From Lytechinus pictus (taxonomy: Eukaryota): a stretch of 64,000 bases of DNA. The position numbers were made by a program, and so were the translations under genes. Positions 37,285 to 51,061 of this stretch are shown here, in pieces. Under the pieces are notes generated by a model. That model searched no databases, was not told the DNA's origin, and saw only the letters and a list, made by a program, of their open reading frames with translations. Positions within the stretch are counted from its first letter, which is position 1. Each line of letters opens with the position of its first letter. The stretch is from positions 27,716,001 through 27,780,000 of the forward strand of contig NC_087250.1 in the NCBI RefSeq assembly GCF_037042905.1. Reading direction: 5' to 3'.

Positions 37285-39840
37285 CTTCACCATAATACAG
37301 TTTATTATTTAAAAAATCCTCCATTGAAACTTGCCACGATCACCTCCTTTTAAATTGGCTTCACCGTGATCTGTATGACACTAAATATTCTTTTAAAAAA
37401 CCTCCATTGAAACTTGCCTCACCTCCTTTTAAATTGGCTTCACCATAATTTGTAGTACAGTTTATTCTTTTTAAAAACCGAAACTTGCCTCACCTCCTTT
37501 TAAATTGGCTTCACCATATAATTTGTAGTGCAATTTATTCTTTTTGAAAACCTCCATTGAAACTTGCCTTACCTCCTTTTAAATTGGCTTCACCATAATT
37601 TGTATTACAGTTTATTCTTTTTAAAAACCTCAATTGAAACTTGCCTCAGATCACCTCCTTTTAAATTGGCTTCACCATAATTTGTAGTACAGTTTATTCT
37701 TTTTAAAAACCTTCATTGAAACTTGCCTCACCTCCTTTAAAATTGGCTTCACCATAATTTGTAGTACAGTTTATTCTTAAAAAAAAACCTCCATTGAAAC
37801 TTGCCTCACCTCCTTTTAAATTTGTAGTACAGTTTATTCTTTTTAAAAACCTCCATTGAAACTTGCCTCACCTCCTTTAAAATTGGCTTTACCATAATAC
37901 AGTTTATTCTTTTTTAAAAACCTCCATTGAAACTTGCCACGATCACCTCCTTTTAAATTGGCTTCACCGTGATCTGTATGACACTAAATATTCTTTTAAA
38001 AAACCTCCATTGAAACTTGCCTCACCTCCTTTTAAATTGGCTTCACCATAATTTGTAGTACAGTTTATTCTTTTTAAAAACCGAAACTTGCCTCACCTCC
38101 TTTTAAATTGGCTTCACCATATAATTTGTAGTACAATTTATTCTTTTTGAAAACCTCCATTGAAACTTGCCTTACCTCCTTTTAAATTGGCTTCACCATA
38201 ATTTGTATTACAGTTTATTCTTTTTAAAAACCTCAATTGAAACTTGCCTCAGATCACCTCCTTTTAAATTGGCTTCACCATAATTTGTAGTACAGTTTAT
38301 TCTTTTTAAAAACCTTCATTGAAACTTGCCTCACCTCCTTTAAAATTGGCTTCACCATAATTTGTAGTACAGTTTATTCTTAAAAAAAAACCTCCATTGA
38401 AACTTGCCTCACCTCCTTTTAAATTTGTAGTACAGTTTATTCTTTTTAAAAACCTCCATTGAAACTTGCCTCACCTCCTTTAAAATTGGCTTTACCATAA
38501 TACAGTTTATTCTTTTTTAAAAACCTCCATTGAAACTTGCCTCACCTCCTTTTAAATTTGTAGTACAGTTTATTCTTTTTAAAAACCTCCATTGAAACTT
38601 GCCTCACCTCGTTTTAAATTGGCTTCACCATAATTTGTAATACAGTTTATTCTTTAAAAAAAACCTCAATTGAAACTTGCCTCTCCTCCTTTTAAATTTG
38701 TAGTACAGTTTATTCTTTTTAAAAACCTCCATTGAAACTTGCCTCACCTCCTTTTAAATTGGCTTCACCATAATTTGTAATACAGTTTATTCTTTTTAAA
38801 AACCTCCATTGAATTAACTTGCCACACCTCCTTTTAAATTTGTAGTACAGTTTATTCTTTTTAAAAACCTCCATTGAAACTTGCCTCACCTCCTTTTAAA
38901 TTGGCTTCACCATAATACAGCTTATTCTTTTTTAAAAACCTCCATTGAAACTTGCCTCACCTCCTTTTAAATTGGCTTCACCATAATTTGTAATACAGTT
39001 TATTCTTTTTAAAAACTTCCATTGAAACTTGCCTCACCTCCTTTTAAATTGGCTTCACCATAATTTGTAATACAGCTTATTCTTTTTTAAAAACCTCCAT
39101 TGAAACTTGCCTCACCTCCTTTTAAATTGGCTTCACCATAATTTGTAATACAGTTTATTCTTTTGAAAAACCTCCATTGAAACTTGCCTCACCTCCTTTT
39201 AAATTGGCTTCACCATAATACAGTTTCTTTTTAAAAACCTCCATTGAAACTTGCCTCACCTCCTTTTAAATTTGTAGTACAGTTTATTCTTTTTAAAAAC
39301 CTCCATTGAAACTTGCCTCACCTCCTTTTAAATTGGCTTCACCATAATTTGTAATACAGTTTATTCTTTTTAAAAACCTCCATTGAATTAACTTGCCACA
39401 CCTCCTTTTAAATTTGTAGTACAGTTTATTCTTTTTAAAAACCTCCATTGAAACTTGCCTCACCTCCTTTTAAATTGGCTTCACCATAATACAGCTTATT
39501 CTTTTTTAAAAACCTCCATTGAAACTTGCCTCACCTCCTTTTAAATTGGCTTCACCATAATTTGTAATACAGTTTATTCTTTTGAAAAACCTCCATTGAA
39601 ACTTGCCTCACCTCCTTTTAAATTGGCTTCACCATAATACAGTTTCTTTTTAAAAACCTCCATTGAAACTTGCCTCACCTCCTTTTAAATTTGTAGTACA
39701 GTTTATTCTTTTTAAAAACCTCAATTGAAACTTGCCTCGCCTCCTTTTAAATTGGCTTCACCATAATACAGTTTATTCTTTTTAAAAACCTCCATTGAAA
39801 CTTGCCTCACCTCCTTTTAAATTCGCTTCACCATAATATT
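37285..39840 (-). repeat. Satellite array in the right TIR (inverse of 23895-25490)
   Basis: Unit TACAGTTTATTCTTTTTAAAAACCTCCATTGAAACTTGCCTCACCTCCTTTTAAATTGGCTTCACC. Confidence 0.95.
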
Positions 39841-40459
39841 CAGGTAAGGTATATATTCATTCTTTTTTTTAATCATCAAAGTCATCATTGTTCACTAATT
39901 AGCTTAATCCCTCACCTAGATCAATTGGCTATAATGCCTTTTATTCAACACTATTCTTCCCTTAAAAACACCCCATTGTACTCCTGCCTCCCCTGATCTG
40001 ACATTTGCCTCTCAACGTATTGTACATAGTGTTATATTATCTCTTTATATCTGAAACTTCGTTTTACCGAATTGCCATGCACTCTCTCCGACGCGGTTTG
40101 AAGTACAGCATGGACTACTACCAGCCGATGGTACACACACACACACGTTATTTGACAACGTGTCTCTGAGCTCTGGAGCCAAAGTTCCTCGCATATAACT
40201 TTCTGCATGCCAGCTGTACTCAGTGTGTATTGAACACGCACGACTACGATCTAATGAATATTCATCGGCGAGAGTGACGTAATTTTACGAGTCTCCTTTC
40301 AAACTTGGTTCATAAGTGCCTACCTTATTATTATCACCCCGGCTTTAGCTCGAGCTGCCTTTCAGCGCTCATGCATTCAAGGAATTAATCCTGCCAGGTA
40401 CCCATTCACCTCACCTGGATCGAGTGCAGCACAATGTGGATAAATTCCTTGCTGAAGGA

Positions 40460-40600
<141 letters not shown>

Positions 40601-42322
40601 GAAGAAAAAAAAAGGAAAGAAAAAAAGGGTACTAACTACGAAGAAGGTTACGACTTTTAGAGTAAAGACAACCAGTTGGCAAATCCAAGTCCATGTAGCC
40701 AGGCTTAGAGCCCTACTAGTCAGCAAAATACAAAGGACAAAACAGATGGAGCTATAATAACACACAAAGTAAGCTCCCGGTCCTCCCCCAATGTAATTGA
40801 GTTTGCAAATTATACCACAATTATTGACGATTTAACAAACACATTAGTTTTGTAAAATTAGAAGCAAGACTAGGTAAATAAATATGGGGTGGGATGAATT
40901 TCCAAGGTTTAAGTTGAATAATCAAAGCCAAAGTATAGTTGGCAAATTATAAAGTGGGCCTATTAAAGTGGCAGAACACTATACGCTCTACCAGTCAGCA
41001 AAGTGATATACAAGTACTGCCCCGTTTCAGATCTGAAAATAACAGAACTAAAGACTTAAAAAAACTGGTAACTCTTCAGTTGGCAAATTCATGAAGACAA
41101 GTCTACAACTTGTAGACTTGTCTACAAGTTTGCAGTTGGCAAAAAACACAAAAATGTTCTAAGTTATTTTTACTAAATTCTGTCGCCGAAGATTTTTTTT
41201 TAATTTGTGGTGTCAGAATGTGCTTGGGGTGGGGATGGGTGGGAGTGGGGGCAGGTTGGGGTTGCATCATTCCTGGTGCTCTTATTGTCTGACTAATGAG
41301 ATATATAGTCCTGTTGTATTTTAAGTCCATATTAAGATTATGCACCAAATTATCTCCTCGCACTTCAAGTTATTATTGTTTTATGTAGTGCCATATGCTT
41401 TTTTCATGACTATATACTTAAAGTGATTGCCCCCTTTTAAGGCCTTAATAAAACATTTCCAGTCTGTGCTTACGTCCGCATTGGTGTGGACCGATATAGA
41501 TACAGGGCTGGTGTTAAATCAACACTGGCGTTTTTGCAGTGCACGAATTCCTAAAGACAGTCCTTAAAATGTCCCTTTTTCTGATCTAATTATAATAAAT
41601 GGCTTGTCATTTGGGCACTTTTTGGAGTTTTAAAAGTGAAATACGAAGGCTTTCGTGCACACTTTTGGTGAATTTTGTGATAATTTTCAATAGAAAAATA
41701 AGTTTTTAAAAATTTAGGGGTCATCATGCCCCCGTATTGTCGTTGCGAGCATTTTGGGGCCAGGGTGAAATCGCCCCAAACGCCTCAAACAGACACTCCA
41801 AAATGTATTTGAAGTGCATTATTAGAACTGAAACTTATCTCTACACCAGGAAAAATTAACTTAACAAAATAAGCAACAAGAAATATTTATAAAAAGTAGA
41901 AGGGCCTGTACAAGTACACTGATATTTCACTCTCTCAGCTCATATGCACTTGATCGACTTCCATCGAGGATTCGGGCTAAATTCCGCCCGCCACTTCCGG
42001 GGACCAACCAACGTAGTATTTCGATGAAGAGCACTCCGTCGATTCACCGGTTGTCCCTACGATACACGCGCGCCTATGGGGATTGTGAACTGTAGGAAAA
42101 ATCGTATAAAATTACACTTTTTGATATTTCTACGAAGACGAAGTTATATAGAAAATGAAGAATATTACAATCAGACCATATCCCTAGAAAATTGCTTCAA
42201 GAAATGTCATTATGAAGAGGAAATGGACAAAAATTTGTGAAGAAAAATCACGAAAAAGGAAATCGCATCATGAATATTGATATCATGGGCGGTCCCACAT
42301 TTGCATGTTATAGCGAGTTTTC

Positions 42323-43370
42323 CATTATTTAATAAATAATGGCATTATTTAATAAATAATGGTTATTTGTATATAAATAATGATTATTTGTATATAATGG
42401 CAAACTGTAAAAATTGTTTATAAATAATGATTATTTATAAACAATGGGATATTGAAACTAAATTATTATTTATAAATAACGAAGTAGATATTTCATTATT
42501 TAACAAATAATCTTTATTTATAAATAATGGAAAACTCGAACATTAAATAATGATTATTTATAAATAATGAGAATAATGGTGCACTCGAAAAAATTATTTA
42601 TAAATAATGAAGTAGACGTTTTCATTATTTAACAAATAATCATTATTTATAAATAATGGAAAACTCAACAAATTATTTACAATTAAAGAAATGTGCACTG
42701 GCATTGATAATAAATAATAATTATTTATAAATAATAGAAAACTTATTTATAAATAACGGAAAAACGAATTGCAATTATTTATAAATAATGAAGTATGTAG
42801 TGTCATTATTTATAAATAATGAAGTATGTAGTGTCATTATTTATAAATAATATAAAAACAAATAATCATTATTTATAACTAATGAAAAACAAATAATCAT
42901 TGTTTATAAATAATGAAAAACAAATAATCATTATTTATAAATAATGAAAAACAAATAATCATTATTTATAAATAATGAAAAACAAATAATCATTATTTGT
43001 AAATAATGAAAAACAAATAATCATTATTGATAAATAATGAAAAACAAATAATCATTATTTACAAATAATGAAAAACAAATAATCATTATTTGTAAATAAT
43101 GAAAAACAAATAATCATTATTTATAGATAATGAAAAACAAATAATCATTATTTATAAATAATGAAAAACAAATAATTATTATTTATAAATAATGGAATGT
43201 CGAACTATTATTATTTACAAATAATGAAGTATTACTTGGAATTATATATAAATAATTAGAAATGATATTTTATATAATAGTAGTTATTTACAAATAAAAT
43301 GTAAATTATATATAAATAATAGGTATTATTTAATAAATAATGATTATATAACAAATAATTGTTCTATATA
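42323..43370. repeat. AT-rich satellite built on the palindrome CATTATTTATAAATAATG; regular 31-bp unit at ~42855-43190
   Basis: AAAAACAAATAATCATTATTTATAAATAATG repeated about 10 times, with degenerate flanking copies. Confidence 0.9.
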
Positions 43371-45011
43371 ATATTGGTACATTCGGCGCCTCATATAGTG
43401 GTTATTACATGAATGGAACAAAAAATTGATTCCATTGACTCGAAATCCTCCGGAGCACTGCCACTGGAATTGGTGTCAGACGATGAAACAAAGAGCGTGA
43501 TTGGTTGTAAGCTAGTCAGTCCGCAAATCACGCTATGAGTGCTGTATTGTGATTGGTTATTTTCACCGAGGAAATGAGAAAATCTCGGCAGTTTTTGTAT
43601 GATATTTTTCATTTTTTTAAGAAAACGTGCAAGTTTTGTCTCTGACGAGTTCGACATATGATTTTAGAATTATTTTTTACACATGTCGACAAAGTTGTAG
43701 GTAGATACAAAATTTGAGGCACGAAACGGAAGAAAAAAGCCCGCGGTCTATATTTTGTTCACCTGAAGGTTTTATTCAGCTTGGGTCGGCTGTATTTGGC
43801 AGTTAATGATACGCGTACCGCCTTGACCGAACTGTGCGAAGTCTGTGTGGTCTGTGTGGTAGAGATAGGCCGGGCCGTAAACACTACTTCTTGGGGGTGC
43901 ATAAATTGCCCTAATTAAGTTTATTATTTGTGACAAAATAGAATCACTGTAATTTGTTTATGATATTAACTGTGGTACGACATAAGGATAACGGAGCAGC
44001 TTCTGTTTATGTTAAGATATAGACATATAAAGAAAATAGGAAGTTTTCTTCTGATGACCAAAAAGTATAAATATTATTCTCTGATTCTGTACTCCCGAGT
44101 TCAGGTTCAGTTGTCTTAGCGACGCGTTGTTTACTACTGCGCGCATTGTGTGTGTACGTGATTATTGCATAGAGATGTATTCGGCGTATTCTGTGTGGTG
44201 TAGGGCCTATACACCGTTCATGCGCTGCACGTATACGTATATGCACACATTATTCATCCCTGGATTTGGCTTCTTAAAATGAGACAAGCATGATTTACCG
44301 TGAAAATTGACGGAGCTAAATATTAATCAATCAATATGAATTTTATATGTATGAAAGCTTACATGTTACATATCCCTGTCTGGGAACGAGGATTTCCAAA
44401 TCTAACGCAAAACGCGCTGCTGCCAGGTTGAACATCGTATACCAAAATCCAATCGAGCACAGTGCGACCAATTAATGGATATTGTGCATGATAAGAACAA
44501 AAAAGTTAATAGCATTGTAAAGTTTAACCTAAAAGTGACGAAGGTTTTTTTTCAAGAATGGGCATGATTTTACATGTAATGAAAAGGAAATGTTCTCTTC
44601 TTCTTCTTATATCTAGGACGAGGATATTGTACCCCCTTTCAATTTTTGATAGGAGAGGAAAGAGTATAAAGAGTTGATATATAGGCATACTAAAATAGAC
44701 AATCGTGCGCAGTGCGACTAATCAATTAACGTAGATTATGCGTGATAAGTACAAAAAAGTTCATTGGATTGTAAAGTTTGACCTAAAAAACACGGCGGTT
44801 TTTTTTCAACCAATCAGGTTGAACCTTATATCACAAGAAAGAGTTACAACCTGTCTATCTGATAGTCTTTGAACTGAGACATTTTGATACGAAAGTCAGA
44901 CGCTGTAAGAGTTAGACGCAGTGCAAAAAGTTCTTCTCTCACACAAAAACACGAGAAACTGTGTATTTTCAGTAAAAAAACACGGTTGTTTTTTTAGAGA
45001 GTCAAAAAGGG

Positions 45012-45050
45012 GCCTAAGCTTTCGATCCTAGCAGAATCTTCGTCGGAGGC
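45012..45050 (-). ncRNA. Minimal type I hammerhead ribozyme motif (variant core)
   Basis: Minus strand reads GCCT-CCGACGA-A-GATTCT-GCT-AGGATC-GAAA-GCTT-AGGC: stem I, C(U>C)GANGA core, stem II, GAAA, and palindromic AAGCTT stem III. Confidence 0.65.
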
Positions 45051-45214
45051 AAAATGACAAACATATAAAGTGGAACAACCATAATATAGACCACATACAA
45101 GCTACAGCAACACTAGAAACAAGGAGACAAAAGGGGCATAAGTGAGTAGAGAAGACCAATCAGGTTAGTGAAGGGGATGAAAGAAAATGAGTAGGCAGAC
45201 ACAAAGGGAAGTTA

Positions 45215-48073
45215 TAGTCCAGGATAGGCCCCATAGAAACTTGACCAAACCTTGTTTTTTTATATATACAATATTTTTTAATGGTTTCTTGTCAATTCGA
45301 GGGTGCTGATTACGAATCTGGATGATGCCACTCGTGTAACCTTGAGCATTTTCCGCAAATTGGCAAAATCCAACATGGCCGCCAAAATATGCAAATTACC
45401 CATGAAAATCCTAAAATTGTCCGCACATTGGCTATGAAATGCATGCAATCGTGTGGCAGGAGTGAAATATATTTATGTTTATATATGGTATACAATTCAT
45501 GTATGTACAATTGATGGAAGTGAAATAAATAAATTTGAATTTGAATAAATAAATTTGAATTGAAATACTCTCTGAAAAAATAATTTTTGACAAAATATTT
45601 ATTTTCCTGATATTCAAAATGGCCGCCATAGGCCATTGTATACTCTATTATGTACAATAGGGAAAACTAATTTTCACAAAAATGAGCACTAAACCGCAAA
45701 AAATCGCGATGTATGAACGAAGCAATATATGCAAATCATCATTACTAACGAGATATATCATTTATTATGCCATATATGGGAACATTGCTGTAGTTTGATA
45801 TCTAAATAGCCGCCACTGGCCCAAAGAGTATTATGTACAATGGCAATGGCCGGGGCCAAAACATGACAAGAGTGAGCACTAAAATGCATATTATTAAGAT
45901 AAACGAGTGGAATACTGACTAAAACATCATTGTTGATATGCCATTTATGTGATAAATGCTGAAATTCAAAATGGCCGCCATAGACCCTATATATTTATCA
46001 TGTACAATGCGAATGGAGAAACTAATTTTCACACGAGTAAGAAACACAAAATGCATGTAATTGTAATCTACGAGTAAAATATTGTCTGACAACATGTTTT
46101 ATAGCAAGACATGTTTTTTTTGTCATGCCTGAGATAAATGCTGTATTATGAAATTCAAAATGGCCCCTGCAGGTCCTAACAGTATTATCTACAATGTGAA
46201 TGGGGACACATAATTTTGTAAGAATTTGGATTTGCTTGACTATGACATCCATATAATCATGTTGTATGAGTAAAATGTTATTTGAATTTTTTTTTTTATT
46301 ATAGCATTTCTTCTGCCATATAGGTGATAAATACTGTATTTTTACATTCAAAATAACCTCTACAAGCCCTAACTAAATTTTGTAACATGCGAATAGGGTA
46401 ACTAATTTTCACAAGAGTGAGAATCATAAAATGCAAATAACTGTGATGTACGAGTAAAACTATTGTTTTAAACATGATTTCTAACTAAACACATTACATA
46501 TTGGTCGTGGAGGTAATAAATACTGTAATTTGAAATCCAAAATGGCTGCCATAAGTCCTAAAAGTATTGTGTACATTGTAACATGGGACATATAATTTTG
46601 ACAGAATTTGGCTTTTGCTTGACTCTAAATATTGCATATAATTGTGAATTGTGATTTAAGGGTGAAATATTGTCTAAAACCATGGTTTCTAACGAGATAT
46701 ATCATAATGTTGTGTAATTAAGGTGATAAATTCTGCATTTTTAAATTGAAAATGGCCACCATAGGCCCTTATCGTATAATACAATTTTGAGTGGAGACAA
46801 ATAATCTTCACAAAAAGGGCACATGGCAGCCATTTTGAATGTTGAAATACAGTATTTATCACCTAAATTACATAAGATATGATATATTTTGTTATAAATG
46901 ATGTTTTCAGACAATATTTCACTCATACATCACCATTTGGCCAAGCAAAGACAAATTCTGTTGAAATAATTTGTTCCCATTCACATTGTGCATGATACCG
47001 TAAGGGCCTGTAGTGGCCATTTTGACTTTCCAATAACAGTATTTATCACCTAACTGGCAGAATAAATGTTATATCTTAATAGAAATTATGCTTTCAGACA
47101 ATATTTTACTCATAGATCACTATTACGTGCATTTATGGTGGTCACTCCTGTGAATATTGGTTTACCACTTTGCATTGTACATAATACTGTTAATATCTAT
47201 GGCGGCCATTTTGAAAGTAAAAATACAGTATTCAATACAAACTTGAAACCTGAATGATATATTTCGTTAGCAAATACGTTTATAGACAGTATCCCATTAA
47301 TTTATCACATATATATGCATTTTAGTGCTCACTCTTGTGATTTCTTTGCTCCTCTTTCTCATTGTGCATAATACTTTTATAGCCTTTGGCAGCCATTTTG
47401 AATATCCAAATACAACATTCATCACACACATGGCATATTAATAATATATTTCGTTAACAATTATGTTTTTAGTCAGTATTCCACTCGTTTAATCTTAATA
47501 ATATGCATTTTAGTGATCGCTCTTGTGAATTTTTTGGCCCCCTTTGCCATTGTATGCAATGTTTGTTTGGGCCAGTGGCGGCTATTTTAGATATCAAAAT
47601 ACAGCAATGTTCCCATATATGGCATAATAAATGATATATCTCGTTAGTAATGATGATTTGCATTATTACTTCGTTCATACATCGCGATTTTTGGCATTTT
47701 AGTGCTCATTTTTGTGAAAATTAGTTTTCCCTATTCATATTGTACATAATAGAGTATACAAGGGCCTATGGCGGCCATTTTGAATATCAGGAAAATAAAT
47801 ATTTTGTCAAAAATTATTTTTTCAGAGAGTATTTCACTCCTACCACACGATTTCATGCATTTCATAGCCAATGTGCGGACAATTTTAGGATTTTCATGGG
47901 TAATTTGCATATTTTGGCGGCCATATTGGATTTTACCAATTTGTGGAAAATGCTCAAGGTTACACGAGTGGCATCATCCAGATTCGTAATCAGCACCCTC
48001 GAATTGACAAGAAACCATAAAAAAATATTGTATATATAAAAAAACAAGGTTATGCCTCTCCTATCCTGGACTA
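45215..48073. mobile_element. Non-autonomous DNA transposon with TAG..CTA termini, TTA TSD and ~700-bp inverted arms (Academ-like)
   Basis: TTA|TAGTCCAGGATAGG ... CCTATCCTGGACTA|TTA. 45248-~45950 is the inverse of ~47400-48051. Internal CAAAATGGCCGCCAT subrepeats occur in both orientations. Confidence 0.85.
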
Positions 48074-49493
48074 TTAGTGTAAGTAAGGCCAGTAAAAGAC
48101 CTCAAGCCAAGAGGGATTAAGATAATGAGGCAGGCAACATCAAACAGGATCTGGAACAAAAATGCAGTGATAGAGGGTATGAGGAAGAGATGAATAACAA
48201 GATAATTAGTGAGAGGTGGGTCAAACAGGTTACAAAGAAAGGCATAATAAACTGGTGCATAAGAGTGGGGAAAAAAGGAAAAGAATGGGGAACAACTGGT
48301 AATGTGCAAAAGACATATAAGTATATATGATAAAGCATTAAACAAACTAAGAGAAGAAGGTAAGTGTAAATATGTAACTATAAGTGATATGTATATAACT
48401 ATATCCAAAAAAGAAATGTATATGAAAAAATATGAATACACATATGGTGTAACTGATATTGTAATCCGCTAGGTGTGACAGGAAAAAACATAAGACTATA
48501 TAGTAGGGGAAAAAAAAAAAAAAAAAAAAAACCTGTATTTGTGAAAAAGAGGAAGCAAATTGCCTAAAAAGGTAAAAGCAAATATAGAAGAGAGGGGGTG
48601 TATTATGAAGAAACCATAGTATACATGTAAATAAGCAAATGTGGTAAATCTAAAAGAGGTGATCGAGTGGAGAAAACAAAAAAATATATATAATAATTTT
48701 TATGTCGCCTGAATAAGGAAGGAAAAGTGGGAGGAAAGTAGAGGAAGAAACTATAATGTAACTATTCAAAAGAGCTGAGGGGAAAAAATTATATGTATAT
48801 ATAAATTGAAAGTGGATAGGAGAGAATAATCAGTCGTTCCCCTCTTGGATGTTCAGGCCATGAGGTTGGGTGGTGCGAAGTCATCTCATCCAGAGCTTCT
48901 CTCTGCTAGTACAGTACGGACTGAGTCAGGACGGTACCTATAGATTCGATGCCCTGTAGCATCATGTCAGTGATGGAGTGGTTGGGGAGGTTAAAATGGC
49001 GGCCAACTGGAGTGTCCAGCTTTGCTGTGTTGACGGTGGATCTGTGCCCGTAGAATCGTTTCTTGAGTGTGGTCTTGGTTTCCCCTATGTATTGTACCCT
49101 ACAAACTCTGCAAGTGATGAGATATACAACATTAGTGGTAGTGCATGTGATGTTGCCCTTGATTTGGTGAGACAGGCTGGTGGAGTTGCTGGTGAAAGTG
49201 TCGCCCTCGTGAAGAAGGTGTATTTCACATATATGATGCACCGGCCTGTTGCTGGTGCATTTGAAGGTGCCATGCTGTATATGGGAGAAGAATGGTTAGT
49301 GAGGGAGGGTACTTCAGCACGAACAATGAGGTCCCTGATATTCGGTGGGCGTCGGTATGCTAGAAGGGGAGTATCGGGAACGGCCTGTTGGAGACGATCA
49401 GAAGTGTGTAAAATGTGGTGGTTATCACAAAGGATTTTGCGGAGAGGGGGTAGATTGGGATGGAAGGTGGTCACAAGCGGTATTCTGTCGGTA

Positions 49494-51061
49494 CCCAGGA
49501 CCAAAATCCAATTGAAACCAGTTGGATTTCCAACTGGTTTCAATTGGTTTCAATTGGTTTCAACTGGTTTCAATTGGTTTTAACTGGAATTTAACAATCT
49601 CCAGTTGAAACCAATTGAAACCAGTTGGGCAACTGGAAATCCTAACTGGAACCAGTTGGGTATTAACTGGAAATGACTTCCAATTGGAAATGATTTCTAA
49701 CTGGAACCAGTTGAGTAACTGGAAATCCCAACTGGAACCAGTTGGGCAACTGGAAATCCTAACTGGAACCAGTTGGGCAACTGGAAATCCTAACTGGAAC
49801 CAGTTGGGTAACTGGAAATGACTTCGAACTGGAAATGATTTCTATGTGGAACCAGTTGGGTAACTGGAAATCCTAACTGGAACCAGTTGGGTAACTGGAA
49901 ATCCTAACTGGAACCAGTTGGGTAACTGGAAATCCCAACTGGAACCAGTTGGGCAACTGGAAATCCTAACTGGAACCAGTTGGGTAACTGGAAATGACTT
50001 CCAACTGGAAATAATTTCTAACTGGAACCAGTTGGGTAACTGGAAATCCTAACTTGAACCATGCAGTTGTGTAACTGGAAATCCTAACTGGTACCAATTG
50101 GGTAACTGGAGATGACTTCTAACTGGAAAGATGGGTAACTGGAAATGAATTCTAATCGGTACCAGTTGGGTAACTGGAAATAAAACTGGAACCAGTTGGG
50201 TATTAAACTGGAAATGATTTCCAATTGGTTTCCAATTGGAAATTTTCCAGTTACCCAACTGGATCCAATTGAAACCAGTTAATTTGCATATTATCTGCCA
50301 GTGTGCACAGATTAATGTTTTATGAGATTCATCATCATTAACAATGGATCTATTTAATTCTTTTCAATTTCCTGTGCCACACTTTTTAAAGATAAGTATT
50401 TAGAATACTTAGCAGTGAAAACCATGTTCATAAATGTCATAGATTATAATTAAAACAGATTAAAGGATAATTAGTACACCACTAACTGTTACCAAATTAC
50501 ATCAAATAAAAATACATATATTTGAAGATCTTCCATATAATATATACATATGAAAGTCTGTATTTTATCAATGCCCTTTACATTGGTATTAATTGACATA
50601 TAATACTGCTTCTGTGTTGGCATATGAGCAATAGTTAGTGCAAATGCTAATTAATTTGTAACTAATTAAGTTAATTCATTCCAATTAGTTCCAATTGGAT
50701 CCAGTTGGAAACCAATTGGTTTCAACTGGTTCCAGTTGAAACCAGTTGCCTCCAATTGGTTTCAACTGGAACCAATTGAAACCAGTTGCCTCCAATTGGA
50801 TTCAATTGGTTTTAATAGGGAAATTGGAACAACTGGAACCAATTGACACCAATTGCCAACTGATTCCAGTTGCCCAATTGGTTTTAACTGGAACCAATTG
50901 GAAACTGGTTTTCAATTGGAACCAGTTGGTTTTAACTGGAACCAATTGGCAACTGGTTTTCAATTGGAACCAGTTGTTCCAATTTCCCTATTGAAACCAG
51001 TTGGCCAACTGGTTTCAATTGGTTTTGCCCTAATTGGTTTTAACTGGATTTTGGTCCTGGG
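49494..51061. mobile_element. Non-autonomous DNA element with CCC..GGG termini, TA TSD and dense subterminal repeats (EnSpm/CMC-like)
   Basis: TA|CCCAGGACCAAAATCCA ... TGGATTTTGGTCCTGGG|TA. Arrays of AACTGGAACCAGTT. Removing it restores the Penelope frame KLETTDRIPLVTTF. Confidence 0.85.

Larger units (their letters stand above)
23412..40324. mobile_element. Giant (16.9 kb) foldback / Mutator-like DNA element with 2-3 kb TIRs
   Basis: GGTAGGCACTTATGAACCAAGTTTGAAAGGAGACTCG... at 23412 is the reverse complement of the sequence ending at 40324. A unique ~480-bp outer TIR is followed by inverted satellite arrays. TTATTATTA lies on both sides (23403-23411, 40325-40333). Confidence 0.9.
23325..40459 (-). 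mobile_element. 5'-truncated SINE-like repeat split in two by the giant foldback element (halves 23325-23411 and 40325-40459)
   Basis: (AAT)n tail plus GCATTTATATAGCGCC on the left. The sequence continues on the right with ...GGTACCCATTCACC...CCTGG, which resembles the reverse complement of the SINE core at 58145-58170. Confidence 0.6.

Noticed and set aside
48978..49583. 201-aa plus-strand ORF
   Set aside because: Antisense shadow of the Penelope-like ORF running into a repeat insertion.
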